DNA of 64,000 bases from the NCBI RefSeq assembly GCF_963921235.1, contig NC_086117.1:32984001-33048000 (forward strand), read 5' to 3'. This document shows positions 60,823 through 64,000 of the stretch, piece after piece (within the stretch, counting starts at the first letter, position 1; the number at the start of each line of letters is the position of its first letter). The translations under genes were made by a program, and so were the position numbers. The notes under the pieces were generated by a model that worked only from the letters and a program-made list of their open reading frames with translations, made no database searches and was not told the origin of the DNA. This DNA is from Mobula hypostoma (taxonomy: Eukaryota).

Positions 60823-61350
60823 TGTTTGTCCATCGTCGATGTCGATGAGGAGCTCGACACCATTGTGATGGTGTCAAGACCAGCTCGTGGTTTGAATTTA
60901 AGTGAGGGAGAGTTGCGCAGCGTCAGCCTCACTCTCTCTTCCCAATTCCCATCTGGATCCAGTGGCAAGACAGAGTCGAGATGGCTGGAGATGGGACTAT
61001 TCACAGTGGATGACCAGGAAGTCTTCTGTGTCTTGTCCTGCTCTACACGTTCCACGACGCTTGCAGAGACCACCTTCCTGAATCCGCTGGAGTCTGTCTT
61101 CACATGCTGGGATAGACAACTCCCTATCTCACCGAGGGTTTGAGACCCGTCGGCTACCCTCACCTGGTTTAGCCGGCTTGTCGAAGCCGTTGCCCAGGGT
61201 GTGGCCGCTGTCGCATGCAAACAGCTACGGGGAGCCACAGGTGAGAGCTGAGTGCCAGGTGGGGACCAAAGGTGGACTAACAGCCCTGAAAAGGACGCAA
61301 CATGTTCCCCCACCAAAGGTGCTATCCCTCCCTGACACCCCATACACCCC
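60823..61350 (-). mobile_element. 528-bp non-autonomous RTE-type retroelement with a ribozyme head
   Basis: TSD a(g/a)ctgtaat at 60814-60822 and 61351-61359. No RT coding and no pol III boxes seen. 3' stem-loop and ..gatggacaaaca tail; 5' HDV-like ribozyme. Confidence 0.8.
61157..61350 (-). ncRNA. HDV-like (nested double pseudoknot) self-cleaving ribozyme
   Basis: P1 GGGGUGU/ACACCCU with a G1.U wobble; P2 CUCUCACCUG/CAGGUGAGGG; P3 GGC/GCC; L3 UCCCCGUA plus hairpin; P1.1 CC/GG; GGGCAA; P4 CGGCUU-cgac-AAGCCG; J4/2 GCUAA. G1 is the first base of the element. Confidence 0.85.
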
Positions 61351-61691
61351 AACTGTAATACTGAGCAATACTTAGTATTATTGCAGCGATATGAGGCTGG
61401 ATGGGGATTGGTGGGGAGGAATGAATGGGCAAGGGAGTCATGGAAGATGAAGCAGGGAGAGGAGGAGAAAATGTGCCTGGTGGTTGCCTCCCATTTAAGT
61501 TAGCAGAAATTGTGGAGAATGATATGTTGGATGTGAATAGACAGATAAATAAATACTTGATCCCAAAAGAAATTGCAGTAGCATTACAAGTGCACAGATA
61601 TATAAGAATTAGAGGAAAAGTATAAAGAATAAAAAATAAGTTACCTCAGTCTAATAGGTGGGAGGGGGTGGTAATCACTTCCTCGGCTATT

Positions 61692-62350
61692 AGATTAGAT
61701 TAGATTATGAGGACACTCAGTCCTCGTTTACTGTCATTTAGAAATGCATGCATTAAAAAATGATACAATATTCCTCCAGAAAGATATCACAAAAACACAG
61801 GACAAACCAAGACTAAAACTGACAAAACTTCGAATTATAACATATAGTTATAACAGTGCAAAACAATACTGTAATTTGATAAAGAGCAGACCACGGGCAT
61901 GGTAAAAAAAGTCTCAAGTCCCGATAGCCTCATCATCTCACGTAGACGGTAGAAGGGAGAAACTCTCCCTGCCATGAATCTCCAAGCGCTGCAAACTTGC
62001 CGATTCATTGGAAGCACTCGACCGCAGTCGACTCTGAGTCTGTCTGAAAGCTTCGAGCCTCCGACCAGCCCTCCGACACCGAGCACCGACCACCATCTCT
62101 GCCCAGCGCTTTGACCTCGCCCCGGCCGCCGAGCAACAAGCAAAGCCGAGGACTCAGGGCTTTCCCCTCTGGAGATTCTGGATCACACAGTTGCAGCAGC
62201 AGCGAAACAGGCATTTCAGGAGTTTCACCAGATGTTCCTCCGTGCTCTCACTTCTGTCTCCATCAAATCAGGATTGTGCACGCCACCCTACCTGACAGAT
62301 AACAGATATCATTCACTGGAGTGGCCGCTGCAAGCTGTGTCGCGTTGCCA
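61692..62350 (-). mobile_element. Non-autonomous LINE-derived element with (TCTAA)n tail, nested in a Rex1-type 3' fragment (about 61545-62430)
   Basis: Tail tagattagattagattatgaggacac; GC-rich body; head atggcaacgcgacacagc. The host sequence resumes at 62351. Confidence 0.6.
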
Positions 62351-62429
62351 TATAGGTTGATTCATTAAAGAGCCTAATGGCCGAAGGTGAAAATGACCTC
62401 ATATAGTGCTCTATGGAGCAATGCATTTG

Positions 62430-63500
62430 TTTGTGGGATGATAGACGAGAACAAAGAGAGCGTTAACTCTATTATTTAGGGAGTGATGGGGTGAGGGCAG
62501 ATATGTGGGAAATTGATTAGATGTGGTTGAAGGCTGTTTTGATAGAAATTGAGGGGAAACCCCAATTTCTGGAAAAAAGAGGACATCTCAGATCTTCTGA
62601 AATTACATTTCAGATTGATATCCTGTATCAGGACTGAGAGTTTGCAGGGAAGATGGCTGCTATATAGAGGTGAGAGGAACATTGGTAGGTGATCATCTGA
62701 CGCAGATAAAGTAGAGGTGATGGGCAGATGCAAATAAATGATGAAAGAAAACTACCGGTGTAATTTGGAGTGTGTGGGCAGAGTGGTGAAATATTAACAA
62801 AAGACTAACAAAAACTGGGTGAACTAGCAGGAGTGGGAAAGAAACACAAGGGTGAGGGTTAGCTGAAATTAGAAGCTCAATACACATATAATTGGGTTTT
62901 AGGCTACCCAAGTGGAATTTGAGGTGTTGGATCCATTATGTGAGTACCCATTAATTTCACTCTGAACTTCTACATAGTCCCAAGGTATTCAAGGAACCAT
63001 ACCTTACCTTCTGCAGGCCTTTCCTGTTTGCTTCAGAACTGATTCATTCTAATGAAAGATCATCAATCTGTTGTGTTAATTCATTTCCTTTCTCTCTACA
63101 GATGCTGCCTGACCTAATGAATGTTTCCTGTATTCACCTTTCTTTCAGCTTTCCAGCAACTGCTGTATTCTGCGTGTCGTAGGTCCACCATTACTTTTTT
63201 TCTTTCTCCTTTGTTCTCACTCAGCTTCCTCTATCTGCAGCTCAGAAGATCAGATAAGAAGTCTTCACTTCCTCCTCTCAGAAGTTTCCATCAGCAACTA
63301 TGTTATCTGGAATTCTTTCACCTTCAGCTCTGCTCCCACTTGCATTTAGTCAATAATTACTTTCCCACTTTCATCAGTAATGTTGAAAGACCATTGAATG
63401 GAAATGTTAACTCCATTTTTCCTTGTCTGCAGGTGTGGCCTGAGCTGTTGAGTATTTCTGATAGTTCAGATTTTGTCTCAGAGTTCAAATAGGCCAGCAT
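62430..63500. mobile_element. Old PLE fragments and terminal repeats
   Basis: EMSSFFQKLGFP (minus); cagatgctgcctgacct-type tails at about 63100 and 63430. Confidence 0.55.
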
Positions 63501-63569
63501 TGAGGGGAAAATTTCTTCTCTTATTGAAAGGAACATCTTGGGAATTCTTTACCCAAGACAGCGTTAGAT

Positions 63570-64000
63570 GTTAGAATTCCTTAAGGAAACAACAAGTAGG
63601 ATAGACAAGAGAGAGACAGTTGATGGTGTTTACTTAGATTTTCGGAAAGCTTTGACAAGGTGCCATACCAAGGTGAAGCAAGGCTGCTTCACAAATTCAG
63701 AGTACAAAAAAGGTATTGGCATGGATAGAAGATTGGCTGACTACCAGGAAGCAAAGAGTGGGAATAAAGGGGGGCACCTTTTTCTGGGTGGTTGTCATGA
63801 CTAGTGGTGTGCCACAGAGGTTGGTATTGCGAACATTTTTTTATGTTACGTTTCAATTATTTGGATGAAGGAATTGGTGGCTTTGTGGCCAACTTTGTGG
63901 ATGATACGAAGATAGGTGGCAGTACAGGCAGTATTGAGGAAGTAGAGAGGCTGCAGAAGGAATTAAATAACCTGAAGAATAGGTAAAGAAGTAAAAAAGA
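63570..64000 (+). mobile_element. CR1 RT fragment running off the window
   Basis: LEFLKETTSRIDK..VYLDFRKA; NYLDEGIGGFVANFVDDTKIGG. Confidence 0.9.

Noticed and set aside
60657-61352. 231-aa minus-strand ORF and 131-aa plus-strand ORF
   Set aside because: They cross the boundary of two unrelated insertions, overlap the ribozyme and show no protein motif.

Overview
Eukaryotic, AT-rich, repeat-dense DNA. The repeat complement (CR1 LINEs with an SGNH-esterase ORF1, Rex1/Babar-type LINEs, Neptune-type Penelope-like elements [PLEs], HE1-like tRNA SINEs) points to a cartilaginous fish, probably a ray or skate; this is an inference. I found no host protein-coding exon I can support, so the window is probably intronic or intergenic, and nearly all ORF-track entries are TE-derived or spurious. 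Contents: one near-full-length decayed CR1 (31.7-36.9 kb) and many CR1, Rex1 and RTE fragments; a 5'-truncated PLE with an open RT+GIY-YIG frame (39.3-41.2 kb) and about 20 PLE terminal fragments; a decayed Gypsy element (LTR, tRNA-Leu PBS, gag-PR-RT); four related solo LTRs; and mariner, Tc1, Tigger and hAT remnants. The most notable signal is catalytic RNA. (1) A 528-bp TSD-flanked non-autonomous RTE-type element (60823-61350, minus) begins exactly at G1 of a fully foldable HDV-like ribozyme, which has an atypical hairpin inserted in loop L3. (2) Many minimal type-I hammerhead motifs lie in PLE termini, and the 5' ends of tiny PLE insertions cluster on the hammerhead core. All folds were done by eye and none has been tested. 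Boundaries of old fragments are approximate.
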